Assembly (NCBI GenBank): GCA_905236395.1
Contig: CAJOPR010000008.1
Coordinates: 1-47,972, forward strand
Origin: an uncultured Bacilli bacterium
GTDB taxonomy: Bacteria > Bacillota_I > Bacilli_A > RFN20 > CAG-826
Direction of reading: 5' to 3'
DNA length: 47,972 nt
The position numbers and the translations under genes were made by a program. The stretch's first letter is position 1. Each line of letters opens with the position of its first letter. Below the pieces are notes generated by a model that saw only the letters and a program-made list of their open reading frames with translations, searched no databases and was not told the DNA's origin. Positions 16,633 through 25,669 of the stretch are shown piece by piece.

Positions 16633-16744
16633 AGCATATATAATATACAACGATTTTTAATTTAGGCAACCAAAATCAACCGCCATTATTTATAATGGAG
16701 CGGCAAATCACACTCATAGTATTACATAGTAAAACAGCCTTTTT

Positions 16745-16772
16745 TTGTCACTGTCTAAATTTTATCTATAAT
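16745..16772 (+). promoter_or_regulatory. candidate sigma-70 promoter for the small acidic ORF
   Basis: TTGTCA (16745-16750), a 16-nt spacer, then TATAAT (16767-16772). It predicts a leader of about 90 nt. Confidence 0.45.
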
Positions 16773-16871
16773 TTTCTTGCGTTATACACGTGCGATGATA
16801 TAGTTATTCACAAGAGAAAAGACAGGCTGATAATCAAGCCATCTAGACTCCAATCCATAAGGAGGTATTTT

Positions 16872-17018
16872 ATGAGCAATTTCTTAGGACCTAGAGATCG
16901 TAACAACGATTTAACTGAAAATGAAGAATTAGAAGTTTATGAAGCCTACCAATCCGCTGATGAATACCTTGATATGGGTAGCGAAGTGGACGACTTCTAT
17001 TTCGAAAGCGAAGAATAG
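16872..17018 (+). CDS. small acidic protein (48 aa)
   Basis: Strong SD AAGGAGG lies 7 nt upstream of the ATG at 16872. A hairpin terminator follows. The listed 16695 start would read through the predicted promoter. Confidence 0.55.
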   Translation: MSNFLGPRDRNNDLTENEELEVYEAYQSADEYLDMGSEVDDFYFESEE

Positions 17019-17029
17019 TCCAATAAATT

Positions 17030-17051
17030 GAGGCGTTTGCCTCTTTTTTTG
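17030..17051 (+). terminator. short rho-independent terminator
   Basis: Stem gaggc/gcctc with loop gttt, followed by a T7 run. Confidence 0.45.
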
Positions 17052-17082
17052 TGCCTTTCTTATCTTTTCTATATAATAATAA

Positions 17083-18549
17083 ATGCGCATGGAACAAGCA
17101 GAAGCGAAACCCAGAAAGATAATTGATCTCACAACTTATGGAACAGTCGTGGGATTTTTATGTATTGAGGTATTAGCCTTAATATCCTTTTATCTAGGAC
17201 ACTCATTCCTTTTATACGGAATTCTTTCTGTTGTCTTAGTGGCTTTATTACTTTTAGTTACATTTAGACAGATTAAAAAAGATGGCATTACAACATTTGC
17301 TTTCTTCTTATTCCCAGTATTTGTATTTGGGTTATTAACCGCGTTAAGCCAATTCAACTATTCATCAGTTGGCGCGATTGGTGTAGCGGAATCTGTTTTT
17401 GTTCCTATTGCTCTAACTTGTTTAGGCCTTGCTGGATTCCTTTCTTCATACATTAAAGGATTCAAAATTAAACAAGTGATGATTGTTATCTATGGAGCTT
17501 TAGCGATCTTTGTTCTTATAAACTTGTTTATAACAATGATCTATTATGTGCCGTTCTACACATTGATTTATAAGAATTCATATATTGTTTATAACGGCAA
17601 ACCATCAGTTCTACCTATTGGTAGCATGGCATATATGCTCTTTGGTTTCCAAGTGGAAGAAGTGACAATTGAATATTGGTCTTTATTCCCTTCAATTTTA
17701 TTAACATCTGTCATCCCATTATTCTTTATTAAGTTTAAAGAGAATAAGAGAGACTTCTTAATTTACTTAAGCTACGCAGTCTTAGCGTTCCTCTCATTAT
17801 TATTTACTATTAGTAAATACACGATTATCACTGACGTGGTCTTAGTGATGGGTATCGCAATTATTGTTCTTGCTGGAAAGATTAAGAAATCACGCGATAT
17901 CTTAAACGGCATGATGATTGCCGCTGGTATTATCCTCGTTCTTGTTTTGATTTTTGTTTTCTTAATCGCTCAAACAAGTTGGGGATTCACCGCAGGAATT
18001 AAAAACTTCATTTCAAGTAAAGAGATACTAAATAGGTTATTCATCGCAAACAGATTTGCTTCTAAAGCTATTGTGATATTCCAAGACCTATTCTCATCAT
18101 TTAAATTATTCGGTGTCCCAGTTGGTGGATACGATTATTTATACCCCAATGGAGTGCAACAAGAAGTATCCAATATCTGGTTATTTGATAATTTATTATC
18201 AAGTGGCCTCTTTGGTGCGGTTTTCTTCTTGGGTGCTTTAGTCATCGGCATTAGAAGATTATTCAAGTATTTAAAAGAGAATGAGGATGATGAAAGTGAT
18301 CGTTATTTGATCGCTGGTTATGTTCTCGGTTTCTTAGCAGTATCCTTATTGCTATTTAGTTATAGACCTTTGGTCAACTCTGATAAATTATTCCCATTCT
18401 TTACCTCATCACCATTATTAGTGGCCATTTTCTTATTAGGTTACACATTTAATAGGACCATTAAGGTTAAAGAAGAGGAACCAAAACCAGCTGAAGAAGT
18501 CAAAGTAGAAGTGGAGGAAGAGAAAGATGAAAAAGTTATCACACTTTAA
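17083..18549 (+). CDS. polytopic membrane protein, O-antigen ligase/polymerase-like (Wzy_C-type), function tentative
   Basis: At least 10 TM helices. The late loop FGVPVGGYDYLYPNG...SNIWLFDNLLSSGLFGAVFF resembles the G-x-G...HN-x-L...E-x-G segment of the O-antigen ligase family, but with FDN replacing HN. The tail is K/E/P-rich. Confidence 0.6.
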   Translation: MRMEQAEAKPRKIIDLTTYGTVVGFLCIEVLALISFYLGHSFLLYGILSVVLVALLLLVTFRQIKKDGITTFAFFLFPVFVFGLLTALSQFNYSSVGAIGVAESVFVPIALTCLGLAGFLSSYIKGFKIKQVMIVIYGALAIFVLINLFITMIYYVPFYTLIYKNSYIVYNGKPSVLPIGSMAYMLFGFQVEEVTIEYWSLFPSILLTSVIPLFFIKFKENKRDFLIYLSYAVLAFLSLLFTISKYTIITDVVLVMGIAIIVLAGKIKKSRDILNGMMIAAGIILVLVLIFVFLIAQTSWGFTAGIKNFISSKEILNRLFIANRFASKAIVIFQDLFSSFKLFGVPVGGYDYLYPNGVQQEVSNIWLFDNLLSSGLFGAVFFLGALVIGIRRLFKYLKENEDDESDRYLIAGYVLGFLAVSLLLFSYRPLVNSDKLFPFFTSSPLLVAIFLLGYTFNRTIKVKEEEPKPAEEVKVEVEEEKDEKVITL

Positions 18550-19426
18550 GTTATTATTAATCGCACCTACACTTGTTTTGACTGCCTGTGGTTATGGTTT
18601 AAAAGAAGTTTATGAAGGCATTCCATATAACTCCTCCAACTTCTTTGAAAACTATTTCAATGAATGGAATTCACAAATTAATCCATATGATAGCAATAAC
18701 AGAATCACAGATAAGAAAGATGTCTATTCTTTGAATAGTGATACTGATAGAGTTTTCACTTCATTAGATGACGTGAACTTCCGCGATTGCGATCCAAATT
18801 GGAATAATTACGCATACACGTACGATAAAGAGAATCCGGATGATGGAACTTTAGCGTATGGTCCCGCAGTTTGCTTAGCTAAAGCCAATAACTCATTTAA
18901 ATATGGTATTACATCGAAGATGTTTGATGGACAGATGTTCTGCAATGGCGACTACCAAAAATCCAGAACACAAGTCGAACCCACAAATCATGGTGAAAGC
19001 AAAGGCTTTGGTGTTTTATTCTCCAAAGAATGTAATAATCCATCATATTTTATGATGAACTTCAAATGTTCTGTTGTTTTAGCCGATAATCAAAACTTAA
19101 GATCCGGCTTAAGCAATCTAAAGATTACAGTCAGCTTTGTTCTAAAGAACGATATAGGATACACATACGTGCCTGTAACGTACACCGTTAATGAAGTACC
19201 CACAAACAGTGGTGATGATCATTTCGTTCCTCCATATTCTGGAAGAAAAGAAATGTACACATGCTTTGGCTTTAAATTAGATAATCTCAATTTAGATAGA
19301 TTGATTGGTTTTACCATTCAATATGAAAAAATCTCCGACACCGTTTCGCCTACATACGAAGGTCAGGAGACATATCATGCGATGATGCTTTACGAAGTAA
19401 GCTTCCCGCACACTACTTGGCATTAA
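18527..19426 (+). CDS. lipoprotein (299 aa), family not recognised
   Basis: Signal peptide with lipobox LVLTAC. It overlaps the upstream membrane-protein gene by 23 nt. Confidence 0.8.
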   Translation: MKKLSHFKLLLIAPTLVLTACGYGLKEVYEGIPYNSSNFFENYFNEWNSQINPYDSNNRITDKKDVYSLNSDTDRVFTSLDDVNFRDCDPNWNNYAYTYDKENPDDGTLAYGPAVCLAKANNSFKYGITSKMFDGQMFCNGDYQKSRTQVEPTNHGESKGFGVLFSKECNNPSYFMMNFKCSVVLADNQNLRSGLSNLKITVSFVLKNDIGYTYVPVTYTVNEVPTNSGDDHFVPPYSGRKEMYTCFGFKLDNLNLDRLIGFTIQYEKISDTVSPTYEGQETYHAMMLYEVSFPHTTWH

Positions 19427-20357
19427 TATACTTACTTATATCTAGCCACTTGCCCATTTCAAAGTCGCATTGATCATCATCTAAAATCAATGTGCCTTTT
19501 GCGGGTGTGAAAGTCATTTCGGAAAAATAAATTTTTCCGTTGATGTTATATAGATCCACTCTAACAAATGGGAAAGGTTGAGATAATATCTCTGCCATTT
19601 CAACCATATCATCCCAGTGGTCCGGTTTCTTTAATGGATAATCTGTCTTTTTCCAACCATTGAATTGACTGCCATCAAATGGTGTCCAGTCGATGTAATA
19701 GTTGTTGTATCTAATATCAATTCCACGTGATGTAACAACGTACATGCTACGTGCTTTTCCATTGAAAACATGAATCTTATATTCGATTGGTAACTTGCCA
19801 TCTTCTTCCAAATATTTCTCAATAATAATCTGTGGCTTTATTGGAGCGTAGTGGAGTTCAACAGTCTTTTTGCCATAGTTAGTTTTGAGCCACTTATCGA
19901 ATTTCTTCTTCAATTCTTTGAGGTTAATTTTGCTCTTATCTAAACATATGTAATTGAAAGCACATGCATGGGTGCATTTCATTACAAATTGGTTTGGCAA
20001 TTTATCAAAATCAATATCATCAAATCTATCAAAAATACCATAAATTGGTATTAATTTGTCCGCAAAACCGCGCTTATTTAGATATTCTCTGACTCCAGCA
20101 CGTCCTGCACATTGAACGACAAGAGGATCTTTTGGATAGACAAATAATCTGAGATATTGGAGCTTCTCAGTGTATCTGGTTGGGTTCTTCAAATCACATT
20201 TATGATGGGTAATATATTTATATTGAGATTTGACGTACCAGGTTTTAGAAATAGCTTTCACTAAACCACGAAAAGGGACGACGAGCGCTCTTTTAAATTT
20301 GTTTTCTTTCAAGTTAGGATTTGGCATAACTTTTCTCTTTATTAAGTATATTCTCAT
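19413..20357 (-). CDS. TupA-like ATP-grasp enzyme
   Basis: YTEKLQYLRLF, DKLPNQFVMKCTH, KFDKWLKTNYG, KPQIIIEKYLEE..IEYKIHVFNG and FVRVDLYNINGKIYFSEMTFTPAKG match the TupA-type ATP-grasp family. The start could instead be the Met11 codon. Confidence 0.8.
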   Translation of the reverse strand: MRIYLIKRKVMPNPNLKENKFKRALVVPFRGLVKAISKTWYVKSQYKYITHHKCDLKNPTRYTEKLQYLRLFVYPKDPLVVQCAGRAGVREYLNKRGFADKLIPIYGIFDRFDDIDFDKLPNQFVMKCTHACAFNYICLDKSKINLKELKKKFDKWLKTNYGKKTVELHYAPIKPQIIIEKYLEEDGKLPIEYKIHVFNGKARSMYVVTSRGIDIRYNNYYIDWTPFDGSQFNGWKKTDYPLKKPDHWDDMVEMAEILSQPFPFVRVDLYNINGKIYFSEMTFTPAKGTLILDDDQCDFEMGKWLDISKYINAK

Positions 20358-20753
20358 TTGTGGTATATGTGTTATTCTATTTGCGTGAAAAACGCACTAA
20401 AAAATTGGAAGGTATATCTTATAGCTGGCGCATTAGCGACAGTCAGTATCGGTGTGCCTTTTTTAATTTTGGTTATCACTTTGAATGTTGATAAAGCCAC
20501 TCCATTTCAATATCCGTTACTATTAGGAGCGCTATCTGCTTTATACCTTTTAGTGGGCTTTGTGTGGGGTGATTTGCATATCGTTGTATGGCGTAGAAAG
20601 AACAAAAAATGGGATGATGAACTTCCACCAGAAATCAAAGATTCTGCCTGGGTGAGAAGAACTCCATTTTATCTCGCTGCCGCATTAACATTCTTAGTGT
20701 TTATTTCTTTTGAAATAATCTTCTGGGTAACTGGCGGTTATCCATTCCTATAA
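20358..20753 (+). CDS. small membrane protein (3-4 TM helices), start uncertain
   Basis: Hydrophobic ORF. The listed TTG start abuts the divergent gene start. ATG 20367 and GTG 20385 are alternatives, and no SD is seen. Confidence 0.45.
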   Translation: MWYMCYSICVKNALKNWKVYLIAGALATVSIGVPFLILVITLNVDKATPFQYPLLLGALSALYLLVGFVWGDLHIVVWRRKNKKWDDELPPEIKDSAWVRRTPFYLAAALTFLVFISFEIIFWVTGGYPFL

Positions 20754-20885
20754 GCGACACGCATTACTAATAAATATCAGCACATGTGTAAATATACGTA
20801 CACGAAAAATGTGTTGATTTTTTTTAGTTATCAGCGTATTGTTGTAAACAATCATTAAATTTTCGAAGAAAGGAAGTAAACAAAC

Positions 20886-23288
20886 ATGAAATCAAAAGTA
20901 AATGCATTAATGATTCTCGCATTATGCGGCATGCTTGCTGGTTGTAACGCCACTAAATATGGCACCATTGGTGAAGGTGATACTCCATATTCACAATTAG
21001 TCGGAAGAACCTCCAAGCTCTCTTATGATACATTAGCGGTAAGTGGTATCGGTTCGTTGAACTACTTATCCTCATCAGAAGCTGCTGATGCTGGTCACTT
21101 CGCCAACTTTATTGATGGTTTAGTGACACACAATGAATTCGGTATCTTGGTGTTGAATCTTGCGGAATCCGCAACACATGACGCTGATTATAAAGAATTC
21201 ACATTCAAACTTAGATCCGACAAACACATCGTCTGGTCTAACTACAAAGGCCAACCATACAAATACAATGGTCAAGTGCAATACGTCAAAGCATCCGACT
21301 TTGTCTCCGGTGCGAAAGCTGTTTCCACCTTCTCAACAGGTTCTAACACTTTCTACTTAGTTAGAGATTTCGTCTCCGGTGCCGCTGAGTATTACCTCTA
21401 CACCAGAATTCTTGATGGTAAAGCCAAAGGTAACAAACAATTCACCAATTTGAAGACAAATGACCAAATGGCCAACTGGATTCAAACACAATTATCCACA
21501 GACGCTAACTACAGAACGGCTTACACAGCTGGTGGTTATGCGGATAACCCATTAAAGGGAAGCGATATTCCAAACATCGCTAATGGTAGCAGATTTGGTG
21601 TTCAAGCTAATGATGAAGAAAGAACAGTCAAGTATACATTATTGAACTCTTCAATGTACTTCCCAACCATGCTCACCTATTCTCCATACCTCCCAGTGAA
21701 CCAACACTTCTTAGATGAAAAAGGTAGTGCCTTCGGTGTTGCAAAAGTTGATGCAATCCTCTATAACGGACCATTTATCTTAAACAAGATGGACGAAACC
21801 AAGATCATCTACAAGAAGAATGCTGAATACGTCCAACGTGAAGCATTAGAAGGTTTCCAAAAACCACGTGTTGATACAGTTAAGATTAACTTAGTCAAAG
21901 CTAATATTGACGCAACATACATCAGAAACCAATTCGAGAACGGCCGTATCGATGGCTTCTCTCTCGATCCATCTGACTCCGTCGGTTGGAAGAAATATGT
22001 TACAGGCGCTGATGGCAGTGGTGACAAAGAAAATCCAGTCAATGGTTTAGTCAACTCTCGTTTATTAGACACAATCGGTAGTTGCTATGGTACAAACATC
22101 GTTATGGAACGTACCAAGAATGCTACAAGTAAGAAATCTTACAGCAATTCATCCACAACAACTTCAGTCGCTAATACTGAAAAAGCATTAAGACTTGAAG
22201 ATGTTAGAAAAGCCATTATGGCTTCCTTCGACTACACCGAGTACTATTCACGTAAGAACCCAGACGGTAAGAACCCAGATTTAGCAACTCAAAACCTCGT
22301 TCATACCTATGTTCCAAAGAACTTCGTCTATGACGATAACGGTGAAGAATACACAGATTACTACTATGCTCAAGCTTTAGCCACCAAACGTGGTATCACA
22401 TTAGATGAAGCAAGAGCGCAAATCGAAGTTGGTCAATATGCCACACGTGAAAAGAGTGATGAAGCAGTTGCTGAGTATGTCGATAAGGCTTTAGCAGCAG
22501 TCACTGCTTACAATGAATCTGCCGTTGCCGCTCAAGAAGGCTATGGTCAAATCTCACTCCCAATCATCGTTGAGTATTACTCACCATGGTTCGACCAAGA
22601 ATCCAAACTCTATGACACCTCAATGATCAATGAGATGAATAGACGTCTTAATAAGTTAGCAGAACAAGCTACTTCTGATACACAACTTCAATACTTCAAA
22701 GTTGTCCCAACAGACAAGATTACTGAAAGTAACTATGAAGATGTTAGCGGAAGTAATGGTGGACACGCTGCATTCGACTTCGCTGCAGTCCAATGGGGTT
22801 GGGGCGCAGACTACGGCGATCCATTAACATATATGAACACCTACACCAAGAATGGTGACTGGGGCGGTGTCTTCGACTTTATCGGATACGACTACGTTCC
22901 AAACATCAAAGTTGAAGGTAATACTGTTACTGAGTCTGACTTATTAGCTCACTACACAGAAATCGTTAGAGATGGTGCGGAAATCAATGACAACTTAACA
23001 GACCGTTACACCAAGTTCGCGGAAGCGGAAGTTGAACTCATTGAAGACTTAGCTATCTATTTGCCACAAGTCAACTATGGACAAGGTTGGTCCTTATCAG
23101 TTTCTAAATCTGCTGGCTACGAAATGCCAACAGCTAACTATGGCTTATCCAGCGATCGTTTAACCGGTATGTGGATCCTCAAAGACCCATTAACCCGTGT
23201 TGAACGTAAAGAAATTCGTGATGAATACGAAGCAAAGAAAGCTGAATACAAAGCCAGCCACCCAGCCATTGACATCTATGGCGAATAA
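20886..23288 (+). CDS. oppA: ABC transporter substrate-binding lipoprotein, oligopeptide-binding (family 5), unusually large (800 aa)
   Basis: Lipobox GMLAGC and SBP_bac_5-like core, directly upstream of oppBCDF. Confidence 0.8.
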   Translation: MKSKVNALMILALCGMLAGCNATKYGTIGEGDTPYSQLVGRTSKLSYDTLAVSGIGSLNYLSSSEAADAGHFANFIDGLVTHNEFGILVLNLAESATHDADYKEFTFKLRSDKHIVWSNYKGQPYKYNGQVQYVKASDFVSGAKAVSTFSTGSNTFYLVRDFVSGAAEYYLYTRILDGKAKGNKQFTNLKTNDQMANWIQTQLSTDANYRTAYTAGGYADNPLKGSDIPNIANGSRFGVQANDEERTVKYTLLNSSMYFPTMLTYSPYLPVNQHFLDEKGSAFGVAKVDAILYNGPFILNKMDETKIIYKKNAEYVQREALEGFQKPRVDTVKINLVKANIDATYIRNQFENGRIDGFSLDPSDSVGWKKYVTGADGSGDKENPVNGLVNSRLLDTIGSCYGTNIVMERTKNATSKKSYSNSSTTTSVANTEKALRLEDVRKAIMASFDYTEYYSRKNPDGKNPDLATQNLVHTYVPKNFVYDDNGEEYTDYYYAQALATKRGITLDEARAQIEVGQYATREKSDEAVAEYVDKALAAVTAYNESAVAAQEGYGQISLPIIVEYYSPWFDQESKLYDTSMINEMNRRLNKLAEQATSDTQLQYFKVVPTDKITESNYEDVSGSNGGHAAFDFAAVQWGWGADYGDPLTYMNTYTKNGDWGGVFDFIGYDYVPNIKVEGNTVTESDLLAHYTEIVRDGAEINDNLTDRYTKFAEAEVELIEDLAIYLPQVNYGQGWSLSVSKSAGYEMPTANYGLSSDRLTGMWILKDPLTRVERKEIRDEYEAKKAEYKASHPAIDIYGE

Positions 23289-23325
23289 CATTAATCGGTT
23301 TTAATCGATTCTATCAAACTAAAAT

Positions 23326-23362
23326 ATTAGGGCAACGGGAGATTTAATCTCCCGACCCTAAT
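23326..23362 (+). promoter_or_regulatory. intercistronic hairpin between oppA and oppB
   Basis: Outer stem attaggg/ccctaat, inner 8-bp stem cgggagat/atctcccg, 3-nt loop, and only a weak T-tract after it. Confidence 0.45.
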
Positions 23363-23388
23363 TTACTGCATTATAAGGAGGTAAGAAA

Positions 23389-24573
23389 ATGGCCACGTTT
23401 ATTGTCGGATACACATTAATCGCATTAGTTGTGCTTTTTATTGTTTTCTCCATTTTAGTGAAGAAAAGAATACTCTTTGGCAATACCATAGCCATGCAAA
23501 GAATCTTTGCTAATCCACTCCTCCATTACTCTATTAAAAGAATCTTTTCATCAATCATCTCTATTGTTTTAGCGATGTTGGTGACTTTTTTCTTAATTCG
23601 TCTTGCTAAACCTGCGGATGAAACTTGTGCGAAGTTATTCTTCGACCCCAAGTTACCACAGGAAGTTTATGACATGAAATGTAACACTTGGAAAGAAAAC
23701 ATGGGCTTATCAGGTTCAATATTTGAACAATTGTTAAGATTCTTCTTTTCTGTTATCCCATTCCCAAAATTAATTTGCCAAACTGACTATCAATCAATCG
23801 TCATCAATGGTGAAGTTACATTACAGGGTGTCCTTTCCGATTGTCGCACTGTCGTTTTCGATTTAGGACGTCTCTATGGTCTAAAGAATGTTGCCGATGG
23901 CACACTTGTTACCGACTATATGTTATCGAGAATGGGGATTTCATTTAGAATTGGTATTTTTGCAACTATTCTTGAACTTGCCTTAGGTTACCCATTTGGT
24001 ATCTTAATGGCGAAATATCAAAACGGTATCTTCGACCGTATTGGTAAAGGCTACATCATGATTATCGACGCGATACCTGGTGTTGCTTATTACTACATTT
24101 GGATGGCAATCTTATGTAACTTAATTAAGTTACCATTCCAATATTCCGAAGATAATATACTTTCATTCTTACCAGCGATTATCACCATGGGTGTTACCGG
24201 TATGTCCGGTATTGGCTTATGGGTCCGTCGTTACATGGTGGATGAATTTAATTCAGATTACGTAAAATTTGCCCGTAGTAAAGGTTTATCTGAGAACCGT
24301 ATTATGGGTATCCATATTTTAAGAAACGCTGTCGTTCCTCTAGTGAGAACATTCCCAGCCGCTGTTATCGGTGCGTTGATGGGTTCTTACTTTATTGAAA
24401 ATATGTACGGCATTCCTGGTATTGGTAACGCTTTGATGGCGGCTCAGGATTCCAGTAACGTCTGGTTGATCCAAGGCATCATCCTTTTCTCTGCGTTATT
24501 ATCCGTCTTGTCTTACTTATTAGGCGATATCGTGACTGCTGCAGTTGATCCACGTATCAGCTTTGAAGGATAG
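23389..24573 (+). CDS. oppB: oligopeptide ABC transporter permease
   Basis: BPD_transp_1 EAA region ARSKGLSENRIMGIHILRNAVVP. Polytopic, with SD AAGGAGG. Confidence 0.85.
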   Translation: MATFIVGYTLIALVVLFIVFSILVKKRILFGNTIAMQRIFANPLLHYSIKRIFSSIISIVLAMLVTFFLIRLAKPADETCAKLFFDPKLPQEVYDMKCNTWKENMGLSGSIFEQLLRFFFSVIPFPKLICQTDYQSIVINGEVTLQGVLSDCRTVVFDLGRLYGLKNVADGTLVTDYMLSRMGISFRIGIFATILELALGYPFGILMAKYQNGIFDRIGKGYIMIIDAIPGVAYYYIWMAILCNLIKLPFQYSEDNILSFLPAIITMGVTGMSGIGLWVRRYMVDEFNSDYVKFARSKGLSENRIMGIHILRNAVVPLVRTFPAAVIGALMGSYFIENMYGIPGIGNALMAAQDSSNVWLIQGIILFSALLSVLSYLLGDIVTAAVDPRISFEG

Positions 24574-24586
24574 AAAGGAGGCTAGT

Positions 24587-25654
24587 ATGAAGAAATTAAA
24601 AAGAAAAGTTGAAGAAGATAGACTTTTTCAAACGATCGATGATGATCCCCGTTTAGCGGATACCGTCTCTATCGATGATACTATCGAAACCAACGTCGAA
24701 GACTTGTTTAAAGTCGTCGGAACTTCTGACGAGAAGATTGAAAAATTAGATTCCACTCCATACTCATATTGGTCTCTAACATTCAAATATCTCTTCAAAA
24801 ATCCATTAGTTATTGTCTGCTTAGTCGTCTTAGCGGTCCTCATCTTCTTTACCATCTTTGGTCCTTTGATGAGAAACTACCCAATCCTTGAAAAATCAGG
24901 TTCTGGCTATGCAGCTATCAACCGTTGGAAAGAAGTTATCGGCCCGAACGCCGAACACTGGTTTGGTGTCTTCTATCCATCCGGTTCCGCAGTTTTTGAA
25001 GGTACTGACTTATGGTACATCGTTTGGAAAGGCAGCCAACTCTCCTTAATCTTAGGCACAGTTGTCGCTCTTATCGATACAGTTGTCGGTATCATCATGG
25101 GCTCATTATGGGGTTACTTCAGATGGTTAGACCCAATCCTTATTGAGTTCCGTAACTTTGTTAATAACATTCCTACATTGTTATTAGATATCTTATTGAT
25201 GCAGATCTTAAAACCATCTTTCTGGGTTTTAGTCTTCTTGCTTACCGCATTAGGATGGATTGGTTTAGCGGGCTTTATCCGTAACCAAATCATCATTATC
25301 CGTAACAGAGAATACAATATTGCATCTCAAACACTAGGTAGTTCATCCGTGACGATGATTACCCATAACTTATTACCTTACTTAGTCTCCGTTATTATCA
25401 CGGTTGTTTCTACAGCGATTCCAGAAGCTATCTCCGCTGAAGTCGGTCTAGCTTACTTCAATCTTTCCTTTAACGCCTCTAATAACGAGATTACTTTAGG
25501 TCAAGTTTTAACACAGGTGTCTCGATCCTTATCATGGATGGAACATCCATATTTGTTAATAGCACCGATGATGGTCATGGCCCCGTTAACGATTACGTTC
25601 TTCTATCTGGGACTCGCGTTAGCGGATGCAACTGACCCGAAATCGCATCGATAG
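24587..25654 (+). CDS. oppC: oligopeptide ABC transporter permease
   Basis: Polytopic permease. AAAGGAGG lies 6 nt before the ATG at 24587, so the listed 24545 start is unlikely. Confidence 0.85.
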   Translation: MKKLKRKVEEDRLFQTIDDDPRLADTVSIDDTIETNVEDLFKVVGTSDEKIEKLDSTPYSYWSLTFKYLFKNPLVIVCLVVLAVLIFFTIFGPLMRNYPILEKSGSGYAAINRWKEVIGPNAEHWFGVFYPSGSAVFEGTDLWYIVWKGSQLSLILGTVVALIDTVVGIIMGSLWGYFRWLDPILIEFRNFVNNIPTLLLDILLMQILKPSFWVLVFLLTALGWIGLAGFIRNQIIIIRNREYNIASQTLGSSSVTMITHNLLPYLVSVIITVVSTAIPEAISAEVGLAYFNLSFNASNNEITLGQVLTQVSRSLSWMEHPYLLIAPMMVMAPLTITFFYLGLALADATDPKSHR

Positions 25655-25669
25655 AAGGGAGGTTTGTTT

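Noticed and set aside
16695-16871. Long form (107 aa) of the ORF at 16695-17018.
   Set aside because: The upstream part contains a good TTGTCA-16-TATAAT promoter and has no SD. The ATG at 16872 has a strong AAGGAGG, so only the 48-aa form is plausible.
16773-16871. Possible riboswitch or structured leader in the roughly 90-nt 5' UTR of the small acidic ORF.
   Set aside because: I could find no recognisable conserved riboswitch motif and no stable extended helices by eye. It remains an ordinary leader unless folding or covariation shows otherwise.
20858-20872. CodY-box-like sequence aattttcgaagaaag upstream of oppA, together with the cacatgtg palindrome at 20781-20788.
   Set aside because: Only about 10 of 15 positions match AATTTTCWGAAAATT and the right half is poor. 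It also overlaps the SD region. Whether the organism has CodY is unknown.
24545-24586. Upstream extension of oppC overlapping oppB, and similar extensions at 4241, 13141, 15113, 25664, 35956, 37022 and 38627.
   Set aside because: In each case a downstream ATG is preceded by a well-spaced SD. The extensions start at non-ATG codons or overlap the preceding gene or regulatory elements.
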